Assembly: GCA_038214755.1 (NCBI GenBank)
Contig: JBBQRQ010000099.1
Span: forward strand, 1-19,142
Length of the DNA stretch: 19,142 bases
Direction: 5' to 3'
Origin: Verrucomicrobiota bacterium
GTDB taxonomy: Bacteria; Verrucomicrobiota; Verrucomicrobiia; Limisphaerales; CANJXF01
The notes under the pieces were generated by a model that saw nothing but the letters and a program-made list of their open reading frames with translations, had not been told where the DNA came from and made no database searches. Both the position numbers and the translations under genes were made by a program. This document shows positions 1 through 9,360 of this stretch, one piece after another; within the stretch, counting starts at the first letter, position 1; each line of letters starts with the position of its first letter.

Positions 1-254
1 GTTCCCGGGACTACAAAAGCCCAGCCGATTTACTGGCGCTCAAAGCTCCTCACCTCTCTCCCAAAATATTCTTGCTCCATCCCATCGCTTTGGAGTCTCT
101 TCTTTCTCAAACACGGGGTCACGATGTACCAAGGCGGCCCGAAATGGGTTGGCTTCCCCATTTACAACCGCGGTGCAAATCATCATTATGCCGCGCCCTT
201 CGGAGAAACAAAGATGCCGCAGGGAGAATAACCGCAGAAAAAAATTAAAAACTT

Positions 255-380
255 ATGGGCGATAAATCACCAAAATCGAATCAGAAAAAATCCTCGCAAA
301 AACAATCGATGGCCAACAGCGCCAATCAAAAGAAAAATCAGGCCACCGCTGCCAAGCAGGCCTCCGCCAAAAAAAGATAA
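255..380 (+). CDS. Small Lys/Gln/Ser-rich basic protein, 41 aa (MGDKSPKSNQKKSSQKQSMANSANQKKNQATAAKQASAKKR)
   Basis: Translated by hand (below ORF-track cutoff). ATG follows an A-rich leader, TAA at 378-380, and it converges on the hairpin at 439-474. Confidence 0.65.
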   Translation: MGDKSPKSNQKKSSQKQSMANSANQKKNQATAAKQASAKKR

Positions 381-438
381 CGCGATTAATTCTCTCTCCC
401 CCGCCTGAAAATCATGAGAGAGAGATTGGTTTGTTGCC

Positions 439-474
439 GGTAGCTTCTGCCTGCGGGGCGAGGCAGAAGCTACC
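439..474. terminator. Perfect 14-bp inverted repeat; likely bidirectional terminator or GTAG-type REP between convergent genes
   Basis: GGTAGCTTCTGCCT (439-452), 8-nt loop, AGGCAGAAGCTACC (461-474). No clear U-tract. Confidence 0.6.
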
Positions 475-498
475 CTCCCCCAAGATCGGAGCCCGACG

Positions 499-1542
499 CT
501 ACCCCAGGTTTTTCAAGTCGCTCAAGAAGTTTTGCACGTCATCCTCGCTCGTGTCCCAACTGCACATCAAACGGCAATCGCCCAAGCTGACGTGCGTGTA
601 GAATTGCCAGCCGCGCTCGCGCAGTCCGGCGATGGCCGCTTCGGGCAATCGCGCAAAAACGGTGTTGGTCTGGCGAGGAAAAACAATTTTCACATCACGC
701 AACGGACGCAATCCGGCTTCAAGTTTTTCGGCCATGGCGTTGGCGTGCGCGGCATGGCGTAGCCACGCGCCATCCTGCAACAGGCCAACCCAGGGCGCGG
801 AAAGAAATCGCATTTTGGAGGCGAGCTGGCCGGCTTGTTTGCAGCGGTAATCAAATTCTTTGGCCAGTTCGAGATTAAAAAACACGACCGCTTCACCAAT
901 CGGCAGTCCATTTTTTGTTCCGCCAAAACAGAGAACATCGACGCCTGATTTCCAAGTGATTTCCTTCGGCGCAACGTTGAGGGCGGCGACGGCATTGGCG
1001 AATCGCGCTCCGTCCATGTGGATGCGCAAACCAAAACTTCGCGCGGTTTCCGTCAACGTTTTCAACTCGTCGGGCGAATAGAGCGTCCCCATTTCGGTGG
1101 CTTGAGTGAGACTGAGCACGCGCGGTTTTGGATAATGAATGTCGGTGCGTTTTTTTACCGCACCTTCGATGGAGGCGGGATTGATTTTTCCATCATCGCC
1201 CGTGAGCAACAAAACTTTTGAGCCGTTGGAAAAAAATTCCGGCGCGCCACACTCGGCGATTTCGAGATGCGCCGCTTCGTGGCAAAGAATGCCGTGATAG
1301 GACTGGCACATGGACGCGACAGCGAGCGAATTGGCGGCGGTTCCGTTGAAGACAAAAAAAACTTCGCAGCGCGTTTCGAAAATTTCGCGAATTAAATCCG
1401 CCGCTTTTTCCGTCCACGGATCGTTGCCGTAACTTCGGGCGTGGCCGCAGTTTGCCTCGGACAGGGCGGCGAAGGCTTCCGGGCAAATTCCCGCGTAGTT
1501 GTCGCTGGCGAATTGGCGGCGGGTTCCGAGAATTTTTTCCAT
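499..1542 (-). CDS. ltaE: Low-specificity L-threonine aldolase (PLP-dependent, beta-eliminating lyase family)
   Basis: Motifs FASDNYAG, YGNDPWT, GTAANSLA, HMDGARFANA and FGGTKNG (PLP lysine). Confidence 0.93.
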   Translation of the reverse strand: MEKILGTRRQFASDNYAGICPEAFAALSEANCGHARSYGNDPWTEKAADLIREIFETRCEVFFVFNGTAANSLAVASMCQSYHGILCHEAAHLEIAECGAPEFFSNGSKVLLLTGDDGKINPASIEGAVKKRTDIHYPKPRVLSLTQATEMGTLYSPDELKTLTETARSFGLRIHMDGARFANAVAALNVAPKEITWKSGVDVLCFGGTKNGLPIGEAVVFFNLELAKEFDYRCKQAGQLASKMRFLSAPWVGLLQDGAWLRHAAHANAMAEKLEAGLRPLRDVKIVFPRQTNTVFARLPEAAIAGLRERGWQFYTHVSLGDCRLMCSWDTSEDDVQNFLSDLKNLG

Positions 1543-1571
1543 AACAAAAACGAACCGATGACTGCAAAAAA

Positions 1572-2786
1572 TTATTGGCCAAAAATACGAAAGAGACCGC
1601 GTGATTTGTAAGGGCTGTCCGGATCAAGCAGAACGTGGGAGCGATAGCGCGCTTCCAAATCGTATTGAAAAATCAGGCCGATGCTTTGCGCGCCGCGACC
1701 ATGTGAGCGCATGGCGTTGAAGCCATAGGAATAGGCGAGAATGAATTGCCAGGCTTTCGGAGATTTGTAGCCAATGCCCAACCCCGCGCCAGAATGCACA
1801 TTGCCCGGCTGGCTTAATCCGGCGACGTAATCGACTGCCGCAACGGTCGCCATCGCGGTGACGTTCCAACGTTTGTCCGGGTCAATCGGAATAGAATATT
1901 GGCCGCTCAACAGAGCAAATTGCCGCGCGCGAATTTCCTGAAAATAATATCCCGGCAGCGACAAAGGGAATTCCGCGATCAAGGGCAGAACTCCGCCGAG
2001 TCGGTAGGCGCTGAATCGATCCGAGGCCAGACTTGTCCCGGCGGTCAGACTGAGTCCGAAATTATGTTTTAACTTTGGCAACGTATAAATCAGCAAAGCC
2101 CGCGCCCAAAATAAATGGGTGGAAGGACGAACCTCACGATCACTATTGAAGCCATAATTTCCATACGCCGTGCGAAACTGCCCTTCATACCATCCGGAAA
2201 TCTCCATCGCCAAATCGGGATTCATGACTGGCTCCCGGCCGCCCCAGCGAAATCCAGCGCGGACATTCAGAGAGGTCCGATCGCTGGGCAGTTCAAAAGC
2301 GCTGCTCGTCTGGGAGTCTTCCGAATAAATAGTGTGATGCGCGCTGACTCTAAGAACTCCGTTCAATGGAATTCTTTGGCCGGGATTGAACAGGTGATAA
2401 ATACTGGAGGAAATTTCGCCGCCGTGTCCGGTGAAGGATTCCTCGTCGCGCAATCTCCCTTGTCGAACTTCCGAGTAACTGTCGGCAAAACCGCCGCCCG
2501 CTATACCGACCGCGAAATCAGTTTGGTCGCCCAGCGCGTGGGCAAATCCGATTTCCGCGTCCACATAAATTGGCGCGATGGCCAAGCGCAAAGTAATGTT
2601 CGTGCGAAAAAAATCAGGATCGTTTCGAAAATAAAATGCGTAACCGGAAATAGGACCTCTGCCCTCGATCGGTTGATTGTAACCGAACTGAATCAACAGG
2701 CGTTTTTCAGGATCAATTTGTCCAAACGCGCTGGACAAAGCCGTCAGAAGAAAAAGCCCGCACCACAAAAATTTTCGCACCAACAA
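1572..2786 (-). CDS. Exported protein, probable outer-membrane beta-barrel; start codon uncertain by a few codons
   Basis: N-terminal signal peptide (RKFLWCGLFLLTALSSAFG/Q), alternating aromatic/Gly amphipathic strands, 404 aa. Confidence 0.7.
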   Translation of the reverse strand: MLVRKFLWCGLFLLTALSSAFGQIDPEKRLLIQFGYNQPIEGRGPISGYAFYFRNDPDFFRTNITLRLAIAPIYVDAEIGFAHALGDQTDFAVGIAGGGFADSYSEVRQGRLRDEESFTGHGGEISSSIYHLFNPGQRIPLNGVLRVSAHHTIYSEDSQTSSAFELPSDRTSLNVRAGFRWGGREPVMNPDLAMEISGWYEGQFRTAYGNYGFNSDREVRPSTHLFWARALLIYTLPKLKHNFGLSLTAGTSLASDRFSAYRLGGVLPLIAEFPLSLPGYYFQEIRARQFALLSGQYSIPIDPDKRWNVTAMATVAAVDYVAGLSQPGNVHSGAGLGIGYKSPKAWQFILAYSYGFNAMRSHGRGAQSIGLIFQYDLEARYRSHVLLDPDSPYKSRGLFRIFGQ

Positions 2787-2848
2787 TTCCTACTGAACAA
2801 AGTTTGGTGGGAGCAAGCTGATTTAAATCCGGGTTTTGCATTGGCGGC

Positions 2849-2962
2849 GTCGCGCAAGTTTGGCAGAGATGGATCGCCGATTTGCAATCGGCAATGGCTT
2901 GGAAGCAACGACGCTCTGCAGGTTGCAAACCTGCGATACGGCAGGTTAAAAACCTGCGCTAC
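2849..2962. repeat. GTAG-family REP doublet (REPIN-like) with degenerate left arm
   Basis: Right arm GCAGGTTGCAAACCTGCGATACGGCAGGTTAAAAACCTGCGCTAC matches the right arm of 5006-5156. Left arm begins GTCGCGCAAG and retains ATCGCCGATTTGCAATCGGC. Confidence 0.8.
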
Positions 2963-4821
2963 TGAACCGCCGGCTCGGCCAGTTTTCGCTCGATGATTTC
3001 CAAATACGATTCGGCGATTGGGTTCGGCATCAGGATTTCCGAACGCTCAAATAATTTTTTTGCGCCGGAATAATCGCCGAGTTGCAGCCGATGCCAGCCT
3101 TGATGGGCGACGGTGTAGTAACCATTGGGATCGAGCCTGGCGGCCTGCTCGAAATATTTGGCAGCTTCCTCATTTTTGTTCAGCCAATCCAAACACATCC
3201 CATAACGCACATAGCTGAATGGATAAAACGGATTGAGATCGATGCTGCGCTGAAACCATTCCATCGCTTCTTGAGCCAGGGATTTGTAATCGCCATTACC
3301 CGCCGAACTCTGGTTGCGAAAAATTTCGCCGATGGAATAGGCCGTCGCAAAATTTTTCGGCTCAAGGGCAAATGCTTTTTTCAACAGCGCCAGTTTTTTC
3401 TCCGAGAAATCAACTTCCACCGCCGCTTGAGACAGCAACGAATCTTCGCGGACCCGTTGCGCGATTTGCGGCGCGAGATAAAACAATCCGGCCAGACCGA
3501 GCGGCATCAGGAAAATTTTTCGAGTAATCCCCAGACTGGACCAAAACGTTTGCGTGGCGAAACGAATGTAATTAGTGACCAGCGCGATCAAGGTCAGGGC
3601 GAGGATGGCGTTGGCCGGGATTTGCATATTGAAATCGACGAAGGAATGGAAGAGCAGCGCGAGGATGCCGAGGGAGCCGCCGAGGACGAAGGCGGCTTTA
3701 TTGCTGGATTTTGTGCCGAGATCATTGGGGCTGCGTTGCACGAAGCGCCACGTTTTGAAAACGCCCGCGTAAAATAAAAGGATAAAAATCACGACGAGGC
3801 CAAGACCGACGAGACCGAGATCGGCCAGCGTATTCAAATAATCGTTGTGAACGTATTGCGGAGCGCCTTGCAAAGCGGGAGCGCGATATTGCCGAAAGCG
3901 ATAGTCATAATGGGCCGGTCCCGCGCCCAGCCAAATATTTTCCCGCCAGATTTGCGCGGCTGAATTCCAATAAAGGAAGCGATCATCTTGGTGGGTTGTG
4001 GCGGCGACTAATTGGTCAAAACGTTTTTGCGATTGATGTGCTCTTGCGACAAAAGCGACTCCAGCCGCCAGCAACACCCCGAGCACAAGGACCGAGCGCA
4101 AACGAAAATCACGTTGCAGAAGCAGCACAATCGAAAACACCGCCAGCATCAGCGCGGTCGCCACCCAGCCCCCGCGAGAAAGCGTCACGCCGATTCCAAC
4201 GATGATCGCCAGAGAGGCGTATCCTAAAACAACCTTGCTGGCGTGGCTGAATCTTCCAACCAGGGTGTAGGCCAGAGCGAGCGGCAAAATCATTTCCAGA
4301 AATCCGGCGAAATGATTCGGATTGATAAAAGTGCCGCTGCCGCGCACGACGTAGCCTTCCGGTTTGATCATTGTCCAAACTCGATCGTAGTGAGTGATGA
4401 ATTGAAAAACCGCGAACATCGAAAGCGCGGCGGCCAGCCCGATCAAAGCCAGGCCGATAATCTGGGTGGATTCCTGACGCGATAAATTATTGATGATCGC
4501 CAGAAATAAAAAAGCGTAGGTCAGAATTTTTGTCAGCTCGATCCGCGCCACGTATTCAATGGGCGCGATTCGATAACGAGCGATTGCGTAAGCGACGAAC
4601 GCGAGCACGGCCCAACCGATTGGCGGCCAAAAGAAAACCGGACGAGGATTTATCCACAGGCGCAAAATCCAGAGGAGAACGATGGCGAGAACAAGTCCTT
4701 GAATCGAAGCGAACTGCAACGTTTGCACCGCGCCGTAAGCGAGGGGTCCCAAAATTACAATGCAAAGAACCAGGCCGAGAATGCCTCGTTCACACCACCG
4801 GTCTAAACTTTCGCGATCCAT
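2959..4821 (-). CDS. O-antigen ligase (Wzy_C/WaaL-like) family membrane protein with C-terminal TPR repeats
   Basis: Many TM segments, GTFINPNHFAGFL, TLSRGGW, WLGAGP, HNDYLN and HSFVDFNM motifs, TPR-like helical C-terminus. Confidence 0.88.
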   Translation of the reverse strand: MDRESLDRWCERGILGLVLCIVILGPLAYGAVQTLQFASIQGLVLAIVLLWILRLWINPRPVFFWPPIGWAVLAFVAYAIARYRIAPIEYVARIELTKILTYAFLFLAIINNLSRQESTQIIGLALIGLAAALSMFAVFQFITHYDRVWTMIKPEGYVVRGSGTFINPNHFAGFLEMILPLALAYTLVGRFSHASKVVLGYASLAIIVGIGVTLSRGGWVATALMLAVFSIVLLLQRDFRLRSVLVLGVLLAAGVAFVARAHQSQKRFDQLVAATTHQDDRFLYWNSAAQIWRENIWLGAGPAHYDYRFRQYRAPALQGAPQYVHNDYLNTLADLGLVGLGLVVIFILLFYAGVFKTWRFVQRSPNDLGTKSSNKAAFVLGGSLGILALLFHSFVDFNMQIPANAILALTLIALVTNYIRFATQTFWSSLGITRKIFLMPLGLAGLFYLAPQIAQRVREDSLLSQAAVEVDFSEKKLALLKKAFALEPKNFATAYSIGEIFRNQSSAGNGDYKSLAQEAMEWFQRSIDLNPFYPFSYVRYGMCLDWLNKNEEAAKYFEQAARLDPNGYYTVAHQGWHRLQLGDYSGAKKLFERSEILMPNPIAESYLEIIERKLAEPAVQ

Positions 4822-5005
4822 CGTGGCCCCGGTGGAGAATTTTTAAGCCGACCCGCACGGACAAAGTGGTTGAGTGAGAGAGAATGAAACCAATTTCATG
4901 CAGGCCAAGGCGCGCTCGAATTTTTGCATTGGAAAAGATGTCACGCCGGCAACGCAGTGGCAAGCGGGGCGTTACCGCGTGGGTGTGATTTCAAGTGGCG
5001 GTCAC

Positions 5006-5156
5006 GTAGCGCAGGATTGCATCCTGCTGTATCGCCGGTTTGAAACCGGCTGAACGTCGCAAATAGAGAAAGTCTTTAGTTTCCGAAAGTCTCCCGTTCT
5101 GGCGGCATCTCGCAGGTTGAAAACCTGCGATACGGCAGGATGCAATCCTGCGCTAC
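5006..5156. repeat. GTAG-family REP doublet (REPIN-like), two ~45-bp inverted arms each with two internal palindromes
   Basis: Left GTAGCGCAGGATTGCATCCTGCTGTATCGCCGGTTTGAAACCGGC versus reverse complement of right arm GTAGCGCAGGATTGCATCCTGCCGTATCGCAGGTTTTCAACCTGC. Confidence 0.9.
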
Positions 5157-5186
5157 AACTGATCAACTGACCGCCAGTTCACACCC

Positions 5187-6230
5187 TTATCGCGTTGACC
5201 AGAAAAACGCCGGCCAAATTCCGGGAAAGCGCGAGGCGATGAGCAACAAGCACCCGAGTCCGGGATGAAACAAACCGGCCTGCAAATGGCGCGCCCAGAA
5301 AAGCCGCGCTTGAAACACTTCGTTGTAACGTCGCGCGAGATTTGTTTGCGCACTCTCCCAGGAAATTTCTCCAGAGCTGTACTCGGCCAGCGTTCCAACC
5401 GCCAGTTCCGCTGATTCAAAGGCCATCGACATTCCGTTTCCGGTGACGGGTGGAATCATCGTCAGCGAATCGCCGACACACATTTCCTGCGAGTCGTTGA
5501 AGCAACGCGGTTGGAGAGAAAGACCGGCCACGCTGCAAAAAGAATTTTCATCGAAGACCGCTGGGGCGAGTCGTGTTTCCAGCGCGGAGGCAGCGCGTCC
5601 GCGCAACCGGTCACGCCATTGGTTTGCCAGATCTTGCTCAGTTTTTCGGCTGCGAAACAGGCCGCAGATATTTACCTCGCCATGACTGAGTTGACATAAA
5701 CCGACGTAGCCGTTTTCGACGAAATGCATTTCTAAATCGGTTTCTAATTTCACATTTCGAGCGTGAACTTTCAGGCCAAAATAACGCCAGCCCGCCACGA
5801 CGCTCTCTCTGCGGCGACCGGTGGCGCGGACGAATCCTTCACCGAAAATTCCTTTCCACCGAGTGCTGGAATGCAATTGGCCGCCGAGTCTGGAAAACTC
5901 TTCCGCCAGCAAATTGTCCAGCGCGAAGCGTGAAATGCAGAGGGCAGGTTCGGGCAAATTTTTTTTGGGCGAAGAAATTTTGCCGGAGAAGAAAGCGGTG
6001 GTTTTTGCAACACGGGCTCCGGCGGAAATCAATTTCTCACCCAGACCGAGCCGGTTGAGCGAGCGTTGTCCGAGGCCGCTGATGAATTCGCCGCAAACGC
6101 GATGGCGCGGATATTTTCCCGCCTCAAAAAGTTCAACGGGAATTCCGCGTTGTCGCAAACCGATGCCCAAGGAAAGTCCCGCCAAACCTCCGCCGACGAT
6201 TGTGATCGGCTTGAAATCGCGAGAATTCAT
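5187..6230 (-). CDS. NAD(P)/FAD-dependent oxidoreductase (geranylgeranyl reductase/flavoprotein monooxygenase-like)
   Basis: Rossmann motif ITIVGGGLAGLS, YPRHRVCGEFIS, ISRFALD and VGDS..MIPPVTGNGMSMA. Start moved to MNSRDF (6230) because the ORF-track extension runs through a repeat. Confidence 0.85.
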   Translation of the reverse strand: MNSRDFKPITIVGGGLAGLSLGIGLRQRGIPVELFEAGKYPRHRVCGEFISGLGQRSLNRLGLGEKLISAGARVAKTTAFFSGKISSPKKNLPEPALCISRFALDNLLAEEFSRLGGQLHSSTRWKGIFGEGFVRATGRRRESVVAGWRYFGLKVHARNVKLETDLEMHFVENGYVGLCQLSHGEVNICGLFRSRKTEQDLANQWRDRLRGRAASALETRLAPAVFDENSFCSVAGLSLQPRCFNDSQEMCVGDSLTMIPPVTGNGMSMAFESAELAVGTLAEYSSGEISWESAQTNLARRYNEVFQARLFWARHLQAGLFHPGLGCLLLIASRFPGIWPAFFWSTR

Positions 6231-6276
6231 CGGGGCAAATCTAACAGGGATGTAAAAGATAAACAGAATGCAAACC

Positions 6277-6398
6277 GGAGTGCGGCGGCATGACGCCGCT
6301 TTTCCTGCACGCCTCTCTGGGAGATGAAGCTCTCGAACTCGCTTTAGCCGCTTTCTTTTTCCACCGTACAACCAAAGCGGGGACATGTCCCGCACTCC
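6277..6398. repeat. GGAGTGCG...CGCACTCC REP-like inverted doublet
   Basis: Left GGAGTGCGGCGGCATGACGCCGCTTT, right AAAGCGGGGACATGTCCCGCACTCC. Each arm is internally palindromic and the element is intergenic. Confidence 0.75.
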
Positions 6399-6410
6399 AC
6401 ATACGCCGCG

Positions 6411-8573
6411 CTACGCCCGGCGTTCCCGCGAGGAACGCACCGGTTTGGCCGCCAGTTTCATCGGCAAATATTTGGATTTCTGACGCGAATCCTTTGCGTG
6501 GTTTCCGTCTAACGCGCGCGAAAGTAATTCGCTTTGGCTGCGGTGCGTGACAGCGCCGCGCTTCAGACCCGCCCGCGAATAAAATCCACTCGCGTTGAGA
6601 ATTCGCGCTTTCACATTATCGTTCAGCGCAAGTTCCAAAATTTCATTCCGAATCCGCTCGCGCAAGTTGCCATCGAGGATCGGGAAAAGAATTTCGATGC
6701 GCCGAAAAAAATTGCGCGGCATCCAATCCGCGCTGCCGATAAAAATCTCCGGCTGACACGCGTTGTCAAAATAAAAGATCCGGCTGTGTTCCAGGAAACG
6801 ATCCACGATGCTGCGCACAGAAATGTTCTCGCTCACCCCTTTCATTTTTGGCCGCAGGCAGCAAATCCCACGAACGATCAAATCGATTTTCACCCCGGCC
6901 TGGGACGCGCGATAGAGCGCTTCAATCACTTCACGGTCCACCAGCGCGTTCATCTTGGCGATGATCCGAGCGGGCAAACCTTTCCTGGCATTCTCAGTCT
7001 CACGCTGGATGAGGGACAAAACTTTTTTGTGCAATTCAAAGGGCGCGACGAAAAATTTGCGGGTGCCTTGAAACTGGCAAATGCCGGTCAGCAAATTAAA
7101 AAGATTGGTCGCGTCTTCGCCAAAGTCTGCGCGGCACGTCAGCAGCCCCACGTCCGTATAAAATCGCGCAGTCGTCGGATTGTAATTGCCCGTGCTGAGA
7201 TGGACATAACGGCGGATGGCATCGTCATCTTTGCGCACGACGAGACACATTTTCCCGTGAATTTTGTAGCCGACCAAACCATAGACAACATGCACGCCGG
7301 CTTCTTCGAGTTTCTGCGCCCACAAAATATTATTGGCTTCGTCGAAACGCGCTTTGAGTTCCACGACGGCGGTGACTTGTTTTCCGTTGCGCACCGCGTC
7401 CATCAATGCGCCGACGATTTGCGGATCACCGCCGCTGCGATAGAGCGTTTGTTTGATGGCCAGGACATTGGGATCAGCGGCAGCTTGCGTGAGAAAATCG
7501 ACGACGCTGGAAAAATTTTCGTAAGGATGATGCAACAAAATGTCGCGCTCACGAATGGCTGCGAACAAATCTTTTTCCGTGCGCAAGGCCGCAGCGACCG
7601 GCGCGACGAAAGGCGGGTCGCGCAATTCGGGGGAATGATCGCCCTCGTAAATCGACATCAGCCGCACCGGGTTAAGCGGGCCGTCGATCACATACAAATC
7701 CCCTTCCTGGAGACGAAAATTTTCAAGAAGTTGGGCGCGAATTTCGAGCGGACAATCTTGTTCGACTTCGAGGCGGACGGCATCACCCCGGCGGCGATTA
7801 TGCAATTCATTTTCCACCGCCTTGAGCAAGTTCGCCATGTCGTCCTCGTCGATATACAACTCGCTATTGCGCGTAACTCGAAAATGCCAGTAGCCAAAAA
7901 TCTTCGTGCCCGGAAAAAGATCGCTCAGGTAATGGCCGATCAGATTTCCTAGAAATAAATAATCCTGCCGCGCATCGGTGCGAGGAAGTTTCACCAGACG
8001 CGGGAGCACCCGCGGCACTTGCACCACGGCGAGGCGGCGGCGGGTTTCTTTCGCCTGCACGATTTCCAGTTGCACGACAATATTGAGGGATTTGTTGAGC
8101 AGTTGCGGAAAGGGATGAGCGGGGTCAATGCCGAGCGGCGTGAGCACCGGACGAACTTCGGCGCGATAATAATTTTCGATCCAAGCGAGATCGGGTTTGG
8201 TTAATTCGGTGAAGTCGAGAAAGCGAACTCCATTTTCGGCGAGCGCCGGCAAAAGTTCTTCGCGCCAGCATTTATATTTTTGCTCGACCATTCGGCGAAC
8301 GCGTTGCGTCACGGCGCTGAGATTTTCACTGGCGGTCAAGCCATCGGCCGTCCGCTCCACCACGCTGCTTTCCACCTGCTGCTTGAGCCCGGCCACACGC
8401 ACTTCAAAAAATTCATCGAGGTTCGAGCAGGCGATGCAAAAAAACTTCACCCGTTCGAGCAACGGAGTTTTGGCGTCGAGCGCTTCATCCAAAACGCGCT
8501 GGTTAAATTCCAGCCAGCTCAATTCGCGATTGAGGAAATGTTGCGGGCCAAAAGTTGTCGGGACAGTTGTCAT
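6411..8573 (-). CDS. ppk1: Polyphosphate kinase 1
   Basis: FLNRELSWLEFNQRVL, SNLDEFFEVRVAGL, DPAHPFP, LLHHPY, KIHGK, STGNYN, DRFLEHSR, SADWMPRNF. Start taken at MTTVPTT (8573). Confidence 0.97.
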   Translation of the reverse strand: MTTVPTTFGPQHFLNRELSWLEFNQRVLDEALDAKTPLLERVKFFCIACSNLDEFFEVRVAGLKQQVESSVVERTADGLTASENLSAVTQRVRRMVEQKYKCWREELLPALAENGVRFLDFTELTKPDLAWIENYYRAEVRPVLTPLGIDPAHPFPQLLNKSLNIVVQLEIVQAKETRRRLAVVQVPRVLPRLVKLPRTDARQDYLFLGNLIGHYLSDLFPGTKIFGYWHFRVTRNSELYIDEDDMANLLKAVENELHNRRRGDAVRLEVEQDCPLEIRAQLLENFRLQEGDLYVIDGPLNPVRLMSIYEGDHSPELRDPPFVAPVAAALRTEKDLFAAIRERDILLHHPYENFSSVVDFLTQAAADPNVLAIKQTLYRSGGDPQIVGALMDAVRNGKQVTAVVELKARFDEANNILWAQKLEEAGVHVVYGLVGYKIHGKMCLVVRKDDDAIRRYVHLSTGNYNPTTARFYTDVGLLTCRADFGEDATNLFNLLTGICQFQGTRKFFVAPFELHKKVLSLIQRETENARKGLPARIIAKMNALVDREVIEALYRASQAGVKIDLIVRGICCLRPKMKGVSENISVRSIVDRFLEHSRIFYFDNACQPEIFIGSADWMPRNFFRRIEILFPILDGNLRERIRNEILELALNDNVKARILNASGFYSRAGLKRGAVTHRSQSELLSRALDGNHAKDSRQKSKYLPMKLAAKPVRSSRERRA

Positions 8574-8649
8574 AAAAACGGAGGAGGATGCTAGCGCGGA
8601 GACCTGCAAAGAGGCGAGTCGATTTGCGCGACAAACGCTCGCTTCAAAG

Positions 8650-8669
8650 TTTGTGAAAAAAATCACAAA
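8650..8669. promoter_or_regulatory. Palindromic operator TTTGTGAAAAAAATCACAAA (Rex-box-like; also matches CRP-family TGTGA-N6-TCACA)
   Basis: TTGTGAA-AAAA-ATCACAA at 8651-8668 is one mismatch from the Rex consensus TTGTGAA-N4-TTCACAA. It lies in the divergent ppk1/nuoB intergenic region. Confidence 0.7.
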
Positions 8670-8673
8670 GTTC

Positions 8674-8706
8674 TTGCCACTCTAAAAAAGCGATGGTTAG
8701 TTAATT
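8674..8706 (+). promoter_or_regulatory. Candidate sigma70 promoter of the nuo operon
   Basis: TTGCCA (8674-8679), 17 nt, then AT-rich TTAGTTAATT, about 25 nt before the nuoB ATG. Confidence 0.4.
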
Positions 8707-8729
8707 TCGTTCGCGCAGCGTTCGCTCCT

Positions 8730-9302
8730 ATGAAGACCAACACTGAATTCGGATATAACTCGAAAATCGAAGGCGACGTTGTTGTCACACGAGTCGATGC
8801 CGCGCTCAATTGGTTTCGCAAAAATTCTCTCTGGCCGATGCCGATGGGTCTGGCGTGTTGCGCGATTGAACTGATGGCGGCGGGGGCCAGTCGCTATGAC
8901 ATCGCGCGTTTCGGTTCGGAAGTCATGCGTTTTTCTCCGCGCCAATCGGACGTGATGATTGTCGCGGGCACGGTCACTTACAAAATGGCGCTTGCCGTCA
9001 AAAGAATTTACGACCAGATGCCGGAGCCGAAATGGGTCATCGCGATGGGCGCGTGCGCTTCGACCGGCGGGATGTATCGCAGCTACGCCGTTTTGCAGGG
9101 CGTGGACAATATTATTCCCGTGGATGTTTATGTGGCCGGTTGTCCGCCTCGTCCCGAAGCGCTGCTCGACGCGCTGGTTCGGCTGCAAAACAAAATCGGT
9201 GGTGAACCGATTCGTTATCGTCCGCGCGATTCTGAACTGGTGGCTGAAACGGCACAGCCAGGCACACCCAAACCGGAATTTGAAGTTACGACAAAACAAT
9301 AA
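8730..9302 (+). CDS. nuoB: NADH-quinone oxidoreductase subunit B
   Basis: [53 protein letters not shown] (N2 cluster ligands). Confidence 0.98.
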   Translation: MKTNTEFGYNSKIEGDVVVTRVDAALNWFRKNSLWPMPMGLACCAIELMAAGASRYDIARFGSEVMRFSPRQSDVMIVAGTVTYKMALAVKRIYDQMPEPKWVIAMGACASTGGMYRSYAVLQGVDNIIPVDVYVAGCPPRPEALLDALVRLQNKIGGEPIRYRPRDSELVAETAQPGTPKPEFEVTTKQ

Positions 9303-9360
9303 ACCACGAATGAACACGAATTCACACGAATGGAATGTGCTGGGTAGGTCGCGTCACTCC

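Noticed and set aside
115..200. c-di-GMP-I riboswitch or tRNA suggested by the GGTCACG start
   Set aside because: It lacks the GGCAAAC/GCAAAG core of c-di-GMP-I and has no TTCRA T-loop or cloverleaf.
6231..6395. N-terminal extension of the FAD oxidoreductase
   Set aside because: It overlaps the GGAGTGCG repeat, and the Rossmann motif lies immediately after the ATG at 6230.
6534..7952. 472-aa plus-strand ORF
   Set aside because: Antisense shadow of ppk1 with no recognisable motifs. The same applies to 2115-2996, 3082-3777, 8697-9317, 9645-10274 and 11103-11978.
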